The notes: a model not told the origin generated them from the letters alone. Positions 35,296-45,806 are shown, counted from the stretch's first letter. The stretch is DNA of 64,000 nt from Bacteroidota bacterium (GCA_044449065.1 JBIOHP010000003.1:68076-132075), one strand, 5' to 3'. Numbers and translations are program-made.

Positions 35296-35945
35296 AAAAT
35301 ATCAAGGTGCTGCTTGCAGACGATCATAAAATACTTCGCGAGGGGTTGCGGCATATTATAGAAGATGAATTGGAGATGGAAGTGGTAGGTCAGGCGACCA
35401 ACGGCAGGAGTGCAGTCGCTCTTGCGGCGGAACTTCATCCCGACCTTGTCATTATGGATATTTCAATGCCGGAGTTAAACGGCATAGAAGCAACCCGGCA
35501 AATCCTCCAGCAGGCGTCTCACGTAAAAGTGATCGCTCTTTCCATGCATACGAACAGGGAATTCGTATCAAAAATGTTTGGAGCCGGCGCGACGGCATAT
35601 TTATTGAAGGAGTGCGCGGTCGATGAACTTGGAGACGCGATAAAATGCGTCCTCGCAAATAAAATCTATATCAGCCCGGATATTGCCAGTGTTGTGGTTG
35701 AGGATTTTCTCAGGAAATCGGAAGGGAAAGACGCGGTTCCACCCGGCAAGCTGACAGCGAAAGAGCGCGAGGTGCTGCAGCTTATAGCAGAAGGCAAGTC
35801 TACGAAGGAAATTGCCTCTATCTTCAATACCAGCATATCGACGGTAGAAACCCACCGCCAACATGTCATGGAAAAATTAAATATTTACACTGTTGCCGGT
35901 CTTACCAAGTACGCTATCCGGGAAGGTTTAACCTCGCTGGAATAA
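35292..35945 (+). CDS. NarL/FixJ-family response regulator (receiver plus LuxR-type HTH)
   Basis: Receiver motifs (LLADDH, DLVIMDISMP). The LuxR HTH is LTAKEREVLQLIAEGKSTKEIASIFNTSISTVETHR. The start overlaps the kinase stop (ATGA). Confidence 0.9.
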   Translation: MKNIKVLLADDHKILREGLRHIIEDELEMEVVGQATNGRSAVALAAELHPDLVIMDISMPELNGIEATRQILQQASHVKVIALSMHTNREFVSKMFGAGATAYLLKECAVDELGDAIKCVLANKIYISPDIASVVVEDFLRKSEGKDAVPPGKLTAKEREVLQLIAEGKSTKEIASIFNTSISTVETHRQHVMEKLNIYTVAGLTKYAIREGLTSLE

Positions 35946-36140
35946 TCAATTTCTCAGAGCGGGGTCCTCACCTATTGCATTTAACGGACATATAACCCCT
36001 TTTTATCTTATTTCACCCCCCTCCCTCGTGTATTTCATTGGTAAAAATCATGGAATCCACTATTGTCCGCTATAAAACACCTGTCTATATTATTCAGAGT
36101 AAATTATTCTATTTGGAGTATTGGCGACCAGCGACAACCG

Positions 36141-36437
36141 ATGAGCAATGAATTTAAATCACGACAGGTTTTGAACGATGTTAACAAAACGGGATGCATC
36201 ATAGAATTTCAGCTTCCGGAAGAAGCGTCGATTACTCTGAGCATTCTCAATGAGCAGGGAAAAGTCGTTGCTCTAATTATCGAAAAAGGAAAATATCTGC
36301 CGGGTCGGTATGAAATTGCCATAGAAGATAAAAAATACAACGGACAATTCAGTTTTTACCGGCTTTCCATGCAAACGAAGCAAGGAGAAATCGTAGATAC
36401 CAAGAAAATTGTTAGCACTATCCATCCCGCAGGATAG
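36141..36437 (+). pseudogene. CTD-only small ORF: a T9SS C-terminal sorting-domain-like beta-sandwich with no signal peptide or passenger domain. It is either a gene remnant or a stand-alone CTD protein.
   Basis: ...IEFQLPEEASITLSILNEQGKVVALI...GRYEIAIE...GQFSFYRLSMQTKQGEIVDTKKIV follows the same pattern as the CTDs of the three cargo genes in this window. The ORF as drawn (36063, TTG start) has no signal peptide. Confidence 0.35.
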
Positions 36438-36522
36438 TTTCTGTTTTATGAAAATATTTATTCCCATTTTTTACAGAAATTAATTAACTAATTCATCAAG
36501 TCCCATTTCAAAAGGATGTTTT

Positions 36523-39500
36523 ATGAAAAAATTATCTATTATTTGCTGCTTAGTGTTGATGATAGTTGCACTACAGAGCTTGTATTCGCAAACTCTTCCC
36601 AATCCGAAGATTACCTCGTCGTTCAATCCCGATAGCAGCTGTATCAATCGGAATACGTCCGGTACGGGCGGTCCCGGTAAAGGTGAATGTCTTTATGCAT
36701 GCGAGAATCATCTCGCAACATATTGCACAAGTTTATCAGCAACCGATACATACTCCTGGACAGTTGTCGGAGGCACCATAGGGGGCAATAGTACCGTAAC
36801 TGGAATTGGACTTAACTGCGTCACAGTTCTTTGGGGACCAGCCGGCAGCGGCAATATTTCCGTGATTGAAACGGATACCAGCGGAAATACGGGCATCGAT
36901 CATGCTTGTGTTAATATCATCAACGCCCCCAAAGCGATTTTCACGCCGACGAGCATCTCTGCCTGTTCCGGTATCCCGGTTAACTTTACCGACGCCTCGT
37001 TGAATGCTATCAGCTATATTTGGAATTTTGGCGATCTGGCGAGCGGCGGTAACAACACCTCGGCGCTGCAAAATCCGACGCACTTATTTTCCGCGCCGGG
37101 CACATACACCGTCACGCTCGTTGTTTTCAATCATTGCGGTTGCAGCGACACCACACACGGAACTGTGACGATTACCAGTCTTTCTGGCCCGAGAATCGAT
37201 TGTCCGTCAACAGTTTGCGCAGGCACAACAAAATGTTATTCAACGCCGGATGGATGTCTGGGAGCGGTTTATACCTGGACCGTTACCGGTGGAACACGGC
37301 TTGCTCCGTTTGGCAGTGTAAATAATATTTGCGTTCAATGGGGCTCTGGAAATCCACAGGGACAGATTACTCTTACAATTACGGGATGCGGTTCCGTGTG
37401 TCCCGGACCGACAACCGTCGATATCCCAATTGTTCCAACCACGACAACAATTATGGGAGGAAGCGTAGCTTGTTATGGCGCCAATTCAGTCTATTCAGTT
37501 CCGGCCTGGCCCGGAGCATGTTACAATTGGACAGTCCCGGCGGGCGCTGCGACGATTATTGCCGGGGACAGCACAAATCATATTCAGGTTCATTGGAATA
37601 CTGTCGGAACATTCACGATTAATGTTTCCTGGCACGACGACCTGCTTGGCTGTGCCCCCGGCAGCGCCTCCATCCAGGTGACCGTAAAGCCGGATTTCGA
37701 TATCATAGGACCAACCGATCCGATATGCCTTAATTCATCAGCTACTTTCACTGCAATTGGTAATCCATTTACGCCATCGCCTAATTTTACCTGGTCTTGT
37801 CCGGGTGGGACGGTGACTGCGGGGCAGGGTACGCAGAGTGCGACCATTCAATTCACATCGCCGGGTCTCCAAACTGTTACCGCAACCCCGATCGGCTCTC
37901 CGAATCCCTATTGCTCGCCGAGTAAAACATTTACGGTAAATGTTGTCATGGTCAATCCTCCCATAAGCATCACGGGACCTGACACTATTTGCGCAAATGG
38001 AACATACACCTATAGCACTCCACCACCCCCATCGGGGTTGGATATCCAGTGGACAGCAACCGGCGGCGTTATCGTGGGTTCAAGCCACGCAAATCCCGTT
38101 TCGGTTACATGGAATCCCATCGGACCGTATTCAATATCGGTGTCGTATGTAAATACCGTCGCGCCATTCTGCTCGTCGACGCCCTTTACACTGCCTGTCT
38201 ATTTGTTCAACGTTCCCAGCATCACCGGAAGTCAAAATGTTTGCATGGATCAGACGTTTACTTACACCGCCGGTGGTTCCCATCCGGCATTGGATTATCA
38301 ATGGTCGATTGTTACTGCTCCCAGCGGACCGACTTCACCGGATGGCAGTATTGTCACGGGGCAGGGCAGCAATTCAGTTTCAGTGCTCTGGCATGGACCG
38401 GGATCCGTAACTGTATATCTCCAACTAACAGTGTGCAGCACTATCATAACACTGCCGATCACTATTAACCCAAAACCGACGCCGACTATTATGATGAGCG
38501 GACAACTCTGTAATCCGGTCATCCTGACTGCAAGCGCCGGATATATATCCTATTCATGGTCGAACGGAGCTTCCGGCAATCCAATCGTAGTCAATACAGG
38601 AGGCAATTATACCGTAACAGTTACGAATGCCGGAGGATGCACAGGCACTGCAACCATCAACGTGCCGACGCCGCCCGGTCCGGTTGCCAGCATATCGACG
38701 CCCGATCCGACTTCGTATTGTCCGGCTACCGCTCCAATTAGCGTTACTCTTTATGCTCTTCAGGGCGCCGGATATACATACCTATGGTCAAATGGATCGA
38801 TACTAAATCCCATCACGGTTACCACACCCGGAACGTATTATGTAACTGTGACAGACGCAAATAATTGTAAATCAGTTTCGAACTCAATAATTATTACTCG
38901 TGGACCCTGTCCACCGCCGAATCCTTGCGTCACCACTGATACAGTCGGTTTCACGTTCGGTATTCCGTCGTGTAATCCTGTCCCTTTTACAGGGGTGTCT
39001 ACACCCGGCGCTACCAATCTGATATGGAATTTTGGCGACCCACTGAGTGGAACGAGTGATACATCAACCTCAACAAATCCGACGCACTCCTTTACCTCCG
39101 CCGGTTACTACACAGTAACGTATAGCGGTACCGGAGCTCCCAATTGTGCCATTGCGGTATCGCATCCGGTCGCCATAACGATAGCGGCGGATTTTAGTGA
39201 TGTTATTGGATGCGCAGGAAGCCCGACGCAATTTACGGATCACTCCACCTTCTTGCCGCCGTATTCGATTACTTCGTACTCGTGGAACTTTGGCGATTTC
39301 ACTTCATCGACATCGCCGAATCCTTCTCACGTGTATGCCCCAGGGACGTATACCGTCACGTTAACCATAACGAATTCGCAATGCACGGTAATGAAGACTA
39401 AGATTATCACGATCAATCCGCTTCCATCAGCCGCGTTTATTCTTCCGCCGATTTCATGCGTTGGAACAGATATTCCGATGAGCGCTGCGGCGTCCAATTT

Positions 39501-42500
39501 GACTTACGCATGGTCATTTGGCGACGGAGCGACTTCCGCCGTGCAGAACACATCGCATGCGTATACAACTCCGGGACCGTATACCGTAACGCTGACCGTT
39601 ACGGATACCGCAGGCGGGGGATGCACCAACACGGTTTCGCAATCGATAACCATCGTTCCTCCGGCAGGGACATGTTTGATTTCCCCGGCGGGAATAGTGA
39701 CTGTTTGTCCAAATCAACTTCCCTACCCCCTGACCGCCCCGCCAGCGTCGTCATATCAATGGTATCTCAATGGACTCCCGGTCGCCGGTCTTCCGGGCAT
39801 CGCACCAACGCTCAATGTTACTGTCGGCGGTAATTACACTGTAGTCGTAACCGATGCGAACGGTTGCAAGTGTAAAACACCTCCGGTGACTGTCGTTGTG
39901 AATCCATCCCCGTTCGCGAATATCACTGTGACACCGGGGCAGCTTGTTTGTCTCGGTTCGGGTTCGAATGCCGTTACCTTATCTACTCCGCCGGGTCCCG
40001 GTTCGTACAAATTTGCATGGACAGAAAACGGAAGTCCGGTTGGCAGTAATTCGAACACGTTTGGCAAAACGTATTCAATCACCGGATCGTATGTCTATGT
40101 AGTAACGGTTACGGATACCGTCACGGGATGTGTGGACAGCGCGAAAATGACTATTAAAGTCTGCAACACTCCGGCTCCGCCAATCATCACACCGTTCGGC
40201 AGCACCAACTTGTGCCAGGGGGATTCTGTAACGCTCATGAGCTCAATCGGACCGCCGTTTATCCTCTGGAGCACGGGACAAACAACGCAAAGCATTACCG
40301 TCTATGCAGCCGGCACGTACATCGTGACATTCAAGGATCCGGGCTGCGGCTGCAAGAGCTCTGCAAGCATTGTGGTGAAAGTTTTCCCGTACCCGGATTT
40401 CAGCTTATTCCCGGTTGATGACAGCACGTGCTGCGATAAGATTTGCGATACCGCACACATCTGCGCGCCCAGGGGGTATCTCGGCTATCAATGGCAATTG
40501 AACGGCGTAAATATCCCGCCGCCGCTTGGCAACTCGGAAGATTTCACACCGCCGGCAAGCGGAAGCTATACATTAATTCTAACCGGTCCGAACGGGTGTA
40601 AAGATACATCAAAACCATATTGCGTAATACTGGAAAAATGCAGCGGGATGTGTGTAACGCCTCCGAAAGATATGGTTGCATGGTGGCCACTCAACGACCC
40701 GAACGGCGGCACGCTCGACACAGAAATTGTCGGCAATCATTATGGAGTGCCTAAACCCGGCGCCATTCATGATTACCCAACATGGGTGACAGGATATGGT
40801 CCCTCTCCCGCGAGCACAGTCACGCTTATCGGAGGAGGAAAAGTCGGAGACGCTTTGTACTTCTTCGGTCAGAACCCAACCAGAGGTTATGTGGATGTCG
40901 CGCATAGTTCCGCGATAACCTTCGCAACCTCCGATATGTCGATCGACGCATGGGTTTACATCCAATCGGACACCACCGGGATTCATCCTATCGTCGAAAA
41001 AATGGCTTTGAGCCCTGTTGGAACCCCTGTTGGGTATCGTTTCTATCTGAACAATGGCATGCTGACGTTTGACGTCGCTTCCGTCTCGCCGTCCGCAAAT
41101 CCGAGCAGTGTTCAGTTCCCGACGCCGTTATCAATCAATAAATGGCACCATGTTGCGGTGACCATGAAGCGCAATTCAAGTCCGCAGCGTATCGTACTCT
41201 ATGAAGATGGTGTGCCAGTGCAGACGACGCCCATCATCAGTATCGGTAATATGTATGAGACAGCGCATCTTCTCATCGGCGGCTCCCAGCTTGCGATAGA
41301 AACCCCGCTGCTCAATATCGCTATTGACGAATTGGAACTCTTCACGCGCGCTCTCGATTCGACCGAGATCTATTCACTCTGGCATGCCGATAGCAAAGGA
41401 AAATGCCGCGCCTGCGATGAAGCATGCACCGGCGTTATCACCGGAACAAAATGGTATGATCTGAATCGCAACGGAAGATTCGATCAGCCGGCGGAGAAAG
41501 GGATCCCGAACTGGAAAATCTCTCTCGTCGTATGCAATGGAAACAATATGCCATCGAAAGATACGATTGCGACCACAACGACAGACTCACTCGGAAATTA
41601 CAGCTTCACCAATCTCTGTCCGGGCGAGTATTGCGTTATCGAACAACATCTCCCCGGATGGAAACAAACCTGGCCTCATGCAGGATTCTATCATGTTCCT
41701 CTCGCCGATAGTCAGGTGATCGGAAATATTAACTTCGGCAACTGGAAGCCGCGGATAAATATATGGAACGGCACTGGAATCGATTCGGTGCATTTCAATC
41801 CGGATTCCGTGTACTATGGCGGAGGAATCCCGTGGCCCATTGTTATAGCGCAATTGAGTCCATACCAGGTTGTCTTTAACGGCATGGTCGATCCGACAAC
41901 CGATTTCAACCTGCGCGGCGCGGTTGGCGATTACAGCATCCGGCGCAGACGCATCGCTAATTTCTCGTTCTCTGAGATAGCGCTCAATGATAACCTCCTG
42001 CCGAACGGTTCCGCAGATTCGGTGACCGTGACCTTAACGCCTGATACAACAATCGGTGTGACGATTGGATTCTTCGATATTACTACGCCGGATAATACGG
42101 TGAGATTCCGCACGTTTAGCGCGGATCAATTCGCCCGCTTGGATCAGGCGCGGCCGGTAGTAATCAGGAGAACCCAAACTACCTTTGCAGGCAATACGGC
42201 AAATCTTGTTGCCCAGCTCTTCCGCCAGGGTGGAAGACCGGTTGTCGGCAAAGCAGGCCAGTCGACGCCGACCGGCAAAGTCGCACCATATCTGGCGCCG
42301 GGAACGCAAATCGACGTCGCTACAACATTCTATTCCAAAACGTTTACGCACACCGCCCCGGCGCATGGGATAGATTTTGATGCGAAGGAGAACCTCATCT
42401 TCAAACTCCAGAAGAGCTTACCCGCGACCAAGCAAAACAATACACTGGTCGCAGATATGCTGGCTCTGGAACTCAATATCCTCTTCAGCGACAAGGGAAT

Positions 42501-43146
42501 AACCCCGCCGGGCTTTGGCGACCTCGTGGTGCTCGACTCGCTGATCACGACAGATCACCGCAGGATCAAGCCGGGATGCACGGTGCGTGAATTAGCCGAT
42601 TCGATCAACAATATTATGACGAACTGGCGCGGAGTTTCCGCGGATATTTACCTGAACGTCGATAACATCCTCGAACAGATCAATAACGCGTTCATGAAAC
42701 CGCTGCCGTTGACGGCTGCGGATACGACGGCATGGCTGCACGGGACGAATTTCCAGTTAGCCGGTGTTGTGCCGCTGGATAATGTTCCGTTCCTGCTGAA
42801 AATATCGAGCGCGGCGGCGAGCGGCAACGCGTCCAATACGCCGAATCATGTTCCGCTGCCATCGGCATTCGCGCTGCACCAGAACTATCCGAATCCGTTC
42901 AACCCGGTAACGGTTCTGAGTTACGATTTGCCTGTGTCCTCGCATGTAACCCTGACCATCTATAATACGCTCGGTCAGGTTGTGAGCACGCTGGTGAATA
43001 ATGTTCAGGACGCCGGTTTCCGGTCCGTTGAATGGAACGGAAATAACATCGCAAGCGGCGTCTACTTCTACCGTATCGAAGCGGTTGGAGTGAACGATCC
43101 CGCAAAAGCATTCACGCAGGTGAAAAAGATGGTGCTGATCAAATAA
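36523..43146 (+). CDS. Giant (2207 aa) secreted adhesin-like T9SS cargo protein with multiple PKD/Ig-like repeats, a LamG (concanavalin A-like) domain, an SdrD-B/Cna-B-like domain, and a type-A T9SS CTD
   Basis: It has a signal peptide. Repeated PKD-like units read WNFGD...NPTH.F...G.YTVTL. The LamG-like segment is SIDAWVYIQSD...GYRFYLNNGMLTFDVAS...WHHVAVTMKRN...VLYEDGVPV. The SdrD-B-like segment is GVITGTKWYDLNRNGRFD...DSLGNYSFTNLCPGEYCV...PGWKQTWP. The CTD is PNPFNPVTVLSYDLP...TIYNTLGQVVSTLVN...SGVYFYRIEA...KKMVLIK. Confidence 0.85.
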   Translation: MKKLSIICCLVLMIVALQSLYSQTLPNPKITSSFNPDSSCINRNTSGTGGPGKGECLYACENHLATYCTSLSATDTYSWTVVGGTIGGNSTVTGIGLNCVTVLWGPAGSGNISVIETDTSGNTGIDHACVNIINAPKAIFTPTSISACSGIPVNFTDASLNAISYIWNFGDLASGGNNTSALQNPTHLFSAPGTYTVTLVVFNHCGCSDTTHGTVTITSLSGPRIDCPSTVCAGTTKCYSTPDGCLGAVYTWTVTGGTRLAPFGSVNNICVQWGSGNPQGQITLTITGCGSVCPGPTTVDIPIVPTTTTIMGGSVACYGANSVYSVPAWPGACYNWTVPAGAATIIAGDSTNHIQVHWNTVGTFTINVSWHDDLLGCAPGSASIQVTVKPDFDIIGPTDPICLNSSATFTAIGNPFTPSPNFTWSCPGGTVTAGQGTQSATIQFTSPGLQTVTATPIGSPNPYCSPSKTFTVNVVMVNPPISITGPDTICANGTYTYSTPPPPSGLDIQWTATGGVIVGSSHANPVSVTWNPIGPYSISVSYVNTVAPFCSSTPFTLPVYLFNVPSITGSQNVCMDQTFTYTAGGSHPALDYQWSIVTAPSGPTSPDGSIVTGQGSNSVSVLWHGPGSVTVYLQLTVCSTIITLPITINPKPTPTIMMSGQLCNPVILTASAGYISYSWSNGASGNPIVVNTGGNYTVTVTNAGGCTGTATINVPTPPGPVASISTPDPTSYCPATAPISVTLYALQGAGYTYLWSNGSILNPITVTTPGTYYVTVTDANNCKSVSNSIIITRGPCPPPNPCVTTDTVGFTFGIPSCNPVPFTGVSTPGATNLIWNFGDPLSGTSDTSTSTNPTHSFTSAGYYTVTYSGTGAPNCAIAVSHPVAITIAADFSDVIGCAGSPTQFTDHSTFLPPYSITSYSWNFGDFTSSTSPNPSHVYAPGTYTVTLTITNSQCTVMKTKIITINPLPSAAFILPPISCVGTDIPMSAAASNLTYAWSFGDGATSAVQNTSHAYTTPGPYTVTLTVTDTAGGGCTNTVSQSITIVPPAGTCLISPAGIVTVCPNQLPYPLTAPPASSYQWYLNGLPVAGLPGIAPTLNVTVGGNYTVVVTDANGCKCKTPPVTVVVNPSPFANITVTPGQLVCLGSGSNAVTLSTPPGPGSYKFAWTENGSPVGSNSNTFGKTYSITGSYVYVVTVTDTVTGCVDSAKMTIKVCNTPAPPIITPFGSTNLCQGDSVTLMSSIGPPFILWSTGQTTQSITVYAAGTYIVTFKDPGCGCKSSASIVVKVFPYPDFSLFPVDDSTCCDKICDTAHICAPRGYLGYQWQLNGVNIPPPLGNSEDFTPPASGSYTLILTGPNGCKDTSKPYCVILEKCSGMCVTPPKDMVAWWPLNDPNGGTLDTEIVGNHYGVPKPGAIHDYPTWVTGYGPSPASTVTLIGGGKVGDALYFFGQNPTRGYVDVAHSSAITFATSDMSIDAWVYIQSDTTGIHPIVEKMALSPVGTPVGYRFYLNNGMLTFDVASVSPSANPSSVQFPTPLSINKWHHVAVTMKRNSSPQRIVLYEDGVPVQTTPIISIGNMYETAHLLIGGSQLAIETPLLNIAIDELELFTRALDSTEIYSLWHADSKGKCRACDEACTGVITGTKWYDLNRNGRFDQPAEKGIPNWKISLVVCNGNNMPSKDTIATTTTDSLGNYSFTNLCPGEYCVIEQHLPGWKQTWPHAGFYHVPLADSQVIGNINFGNWKPRINIWNGTGIDSVHFNPDSVYYGGGIPWPIVIAQLSPYQVVFNGMVDPTTDFNLRGAVGDYSIRRRRIANFSFSEIALNDNLLPNGSADSVTVTLTPDTTIGVTIGFFDITTPDNTVRFRTFSADQFARLDQARPVVIRRTQTTFAGNTANLVAQLFRQGGRPVVGKAGQSTPTGKVAPYLAPGTQIDVATTFYSKTFTHTAPAHGIDFDAKENLIFKLQKSLPATKQNNTLVADMLALELNILFSDKGITPPGFGDLVVLDSLITTDHRRIKPGCTVRELADSINNIMTNWRGVSADIYLNVDNILEQINNAFMKPLPLTAADTTAWLHGTNFQLAGVVPLDNVPFLLKISSAAASGNASNTPNHVPLPSAFALHQNYPNPFNPVTVLSYDLPVSSHVTLTIYNTLGQVVSTLVNNVQDAGFRSVEWNGNNIASGVYFYRIEAVGVNDPAKAFTQVKKMVLIK

Positions 43147-43168
43147 GGATCATCGGATACATCGAATA

Positions 43169-43210
43169 GCCCCGGCTTTCTCAATTGGAAGTCGGGGCTT
43201 TTTGTTTTTC
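43169..43210 (+). terminator. Rho-independent terminator after the giant adhesin gene
   Basis: aGCCCCGGCTTtctcaattggAAGTCGGGGCTttttgttttt: a GC-rich stem with one mismatch followed by a T-tract. Confidence 0.7.
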
Positions 43211-43592
43211 AGAGACTGAAATGGCGTGAAGATGAATCGTTCGTTGCGCTGGAGAAGTTTGCAAAAATATTTTTAAGAAACCCGTCTTAGCTTGACCACC
43301 CCACGCTCCGCGTCTCCCCTCCTCTCTCGAGGAGGGGAAACCCGCAGGGAGGGGAGGTCGAGATAATTAATTTCACATCAACGCAGGATTTGCTCTCCAT
43401 TTAGTTAGAACAACCAAACCATCCCTTCGAACTGACTATAAAGAGTTTGTCAATCAGACAATATAGTCGGTTGATAAAATCTTGAAATATCAATATCTTA
43501 TCCGGCTTAATTGAGCGATCATTATCCTGCCTGAAAACCGCTGCACTTGATAGAGAATCGCTCAAAACACTCTCATAAATAATACAAACACC

Positions 43593-45752
43593 ATGAAACG
43601 TTTCTATCTTCTTGTATTTATTCTTATCTCGAACGCGGTATTTGCCCAGAATTTCTGGCAGCAAACGAATGGACCAGTCGGCGGTTCTATAAATCCCCTG
43701 GCTATCAATTCACTGGGGCATATTTATGCAGGGACATGGGAGGGCGGTTTGTTCCGCTCAACCGACGATGGGTTAAGCTGGGTATCGATTTATCACGGAG
43801 TCCGATACGTCAGTATTAAATGCGTGGCAGTAGATACCGACGGAACCTTATTTATTGCTCCGTATGATCTCCCTGGTTACTCCGCTGGGTTATGGCGTTC
43901 AGCAGATAACGGCGGCAACTGGGTCCAAATAGGCGGCGGTTGGTATGTCTCGTCTATTGTTTTCAATGCAAACGGAATTCTTTATGTAGGGACGAGTGGA
44001 TCTGGCGTGTTCAGCTCAACCGATAAAGGCGTCCACTGGATGCAAAGGGACTCGGGGTTAACAAATATCAAAGTTCATACCCTTGCTGCAAAGTCCGGCG
44101 GGTATCTCTTTACTGCTACAGACGCCGGAGCATTTAGTTCATCCGATGATGGAAACCACTGGGCGCCTATGACCAACGGATTGACAAACGTTTATGTTTA
44201 CTCGTTCACAGTCAGTCCCAACGGTATAATCTTTGCCGGGTCTGCAGGAGCCGGAATCTTCTCGTCAACAGATAACGGTAATCATTGGGTAAATGCAGGT
44301 CTTACTAACAGGACGGTCATCTCTTTTGCGACGAATTCAGCTGGTTACATCTATGCCGCGTCAGACAGCGGAGTGTTTCTCTCGACCAACAATGGCAACA
44401 CTTGGATTCCGCACGGCAATGGATTGATAAATAGTTCAGTTGTGTCACTTATTATAAATCATAATGGACACATCTTCGGGGGATCGGCTTATCACGGCGT
44501 GTTTCGCTCAACCGATGATGGAAACACGTGGTCGCAAACTTCGTTGCCGGGGAGAGATGTGCCGGTTCTTGCTGTTAATGCAAGCGGACATATTTTTGCG
44601 GGAACAGAAGGCGAGTATACCGGAACCTCGGGCGGGGGCGTATTTCGTTCAACCGATAATGGAAATAGCTGGGTCCAGCTCAGCAATGGGATTAAGAATT
44701 GGAATCTCACTTCGATTGCAATCAATGCGAGAGGACATCTCTTTGCGCAGACGTACGGGGAAATGACCTATGTATATATTTTGTACCATTCAACGGACAA
44801 TGGCGAGAATTGGACCCCGATAAAAATCCGAGTTGATAATCCGCAGTTGAATGGAAAATTCGTCACCGACCATAATGGCAATCTCTTTACCGGTACAGAT
44901 CGCGGAATATTCCGATCAAGTGATGATGGCGATACATGGGTCCAAAGTGGTTTAGGGGGCAATGCCGTAAAAATTTTCTACTTCAATTCGGGGGATACGC
45001 TGTTCGCCGGCGGAGCAGGCGGTGTATATCGTTCAACCAATGATGGAACAAATTGGATTCAATCAGGATTGCAAACCCTTCAGGTTGTTTCAATGGCAGG
45101 GAACCCGGGTGGTTATCTTTTTGCTGCGACTTCCACAGGAGGGATGTATCGATCGACGGACAAAGGCGGCAGCTGGATTGCATTTAATACCGGTTTACCG
45201 GATTTGTCTATCATGGCTCTTGCAATCACCCACAGCGGAATTCTGTACCTATCCACCTCAAACCAGTATGGGTATGGGTGGTATGGAGTTTACAGCTCAA
45301 CGGACAATGGCAGCCATTGGGTACAACGGAATGATGGGTTAACAAGCGGTTTCGTTCGTGCGCTCCTCGTCGATAACCAGGGATATCTTCTTGCAGGTAC
45401 GAATGGATCCGGAGTTTTCAGAAGCATTACTTCAACTGAAGGAGTGAATGAACAAACGTTACCCGGAACAAGCTTTACTTTATCGCAAAACTACCCCAAC
45501 CCCTTCAACCCGGCGACGGTCATTAAGTATCAATTACCGAATGAGTCGCATGTCCGGCTTGTTCTGTATAATGTACTCGGTCAGGAAGTGCGAACGTTAG
45601 TGAATACAACAGAGCAACCGGGGGAGAAATCGGTACAGATTGATGCAAGCGGCTTGCCGAGCGGGATTTATTTTTACCGCCTCGAAGCAACATCTGTAAG
45701 CGATCCCGCAAAATCCTTCACGCAGGTGAAAAAGATGGCGGTGATCAAGTAA
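43593..45752 (+). CDS. Secreted BNR/Asp-box repeat beta-propeller protein (sortilin/Ycf48-like repeats) with a type-A T9SS CTD
   Basis: It has a signal peptide and at least 12 S-x-D-x-G-x-(T/S/H)-W repeats (STDDGLSW, STDKGVHW, SSDDGNHW, STDNGNHW, and so on). The C-terminal CTD is PNPFNPATVIKYQLP...LYNVLGQEVRTLVN...SGIYFYRLEA...KKMAVIK. Confidence 0.8.
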   Translation: MKRFYLLVFILISNAVFAQNFWQQTNGPVGGSINPLAINSLGHIYAGTWEGGLFRSTDDGLSWVSIYHGVRYVSIKCVAVDTDGTLFIAPYDLPGYSAGLWRSADNGGNWVQIGGGWYVSSIVFNANGILYVGTSGSGVFSSTDKGVHWMQRDSGLTNIKVHTLAAKSGGYLFTATDAGAFSSSDDGNHWAPMTNGLTNVYVYSFTVSPNGIIFAGSAGAGIFSSTDNGNHWVNAGLTNRTVISFATNSAGYIYAASDSGVFLSTNNGNTWIPHGNGLINSSVVSLIINHNGHIFGGSAYHGVFRSTDDGNTWSQTSLPGRDVPVLAVNASGHIFAGTEGEYTGTSGGGVFRSTDNGNSWVQLSNGIKNWNLTSIAINARGHLFAQTYGEMTYVYILYHSTDNGENWTPIKIRVDNPQLNGKFVTDHNGNLFTGTDRGIFRSSDDGDTWVQSGLGGNAVKIFYFNSGDTLFAGGAGGVYRSTNDGTNWIQSGLQTLQVVSMAGNPGGYLFAATSTGGMYRSTDKGGSWIAFNTGLPDLSIMALAITHSGILYLSTSNQYGYGWYGVYSSTDNGSHWVQRNDGLTSGFVRALLVDNQGYLLAGTNGSGVFRSITSTEGVNEQTLPGTSFTLSQNYPNPFNPATVIKYQLPNESHVRLVLYNVLGQEVRTLVNTTEQPGEKSVQIDASGLPSGIYFYRLEATSVSDPAKSFTQVKKMAVIK

Positions 45753-45765
45753 TTCGAACAAACAG

Positions 45766-45806
45766 CAACATAAAACCCCCGATTTTCTTAAGTGAAGGTC
45801 GGGGGT
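45766..45806 (+). terminator. Rho-independent terminator after the BNR/CTD gene
   Basis: CCCCCGAttttcttaagtgaaggTCGGGGGtttttgttttt. The hairpin and the downstream TTTTTGTTTTTCAG are nearly identical in form to the terminator at 43169. Confidence 0.7.

Noticed and set aside
36566-43111. Numerous 60-140-aa ORFs on both strands inside the giant adhesin gene (e.g. 36736-37083, 38049-38468, 39456-39833, 40609-40986, 42034-42366)
   Set aside because: They are fully embedded in a continuous 6.6-kb ORF with coherent domain structure, and have no independent motifs or start contexts. They are likely frame artefacts of Gly/Thr/Pro-rich coding sequence.
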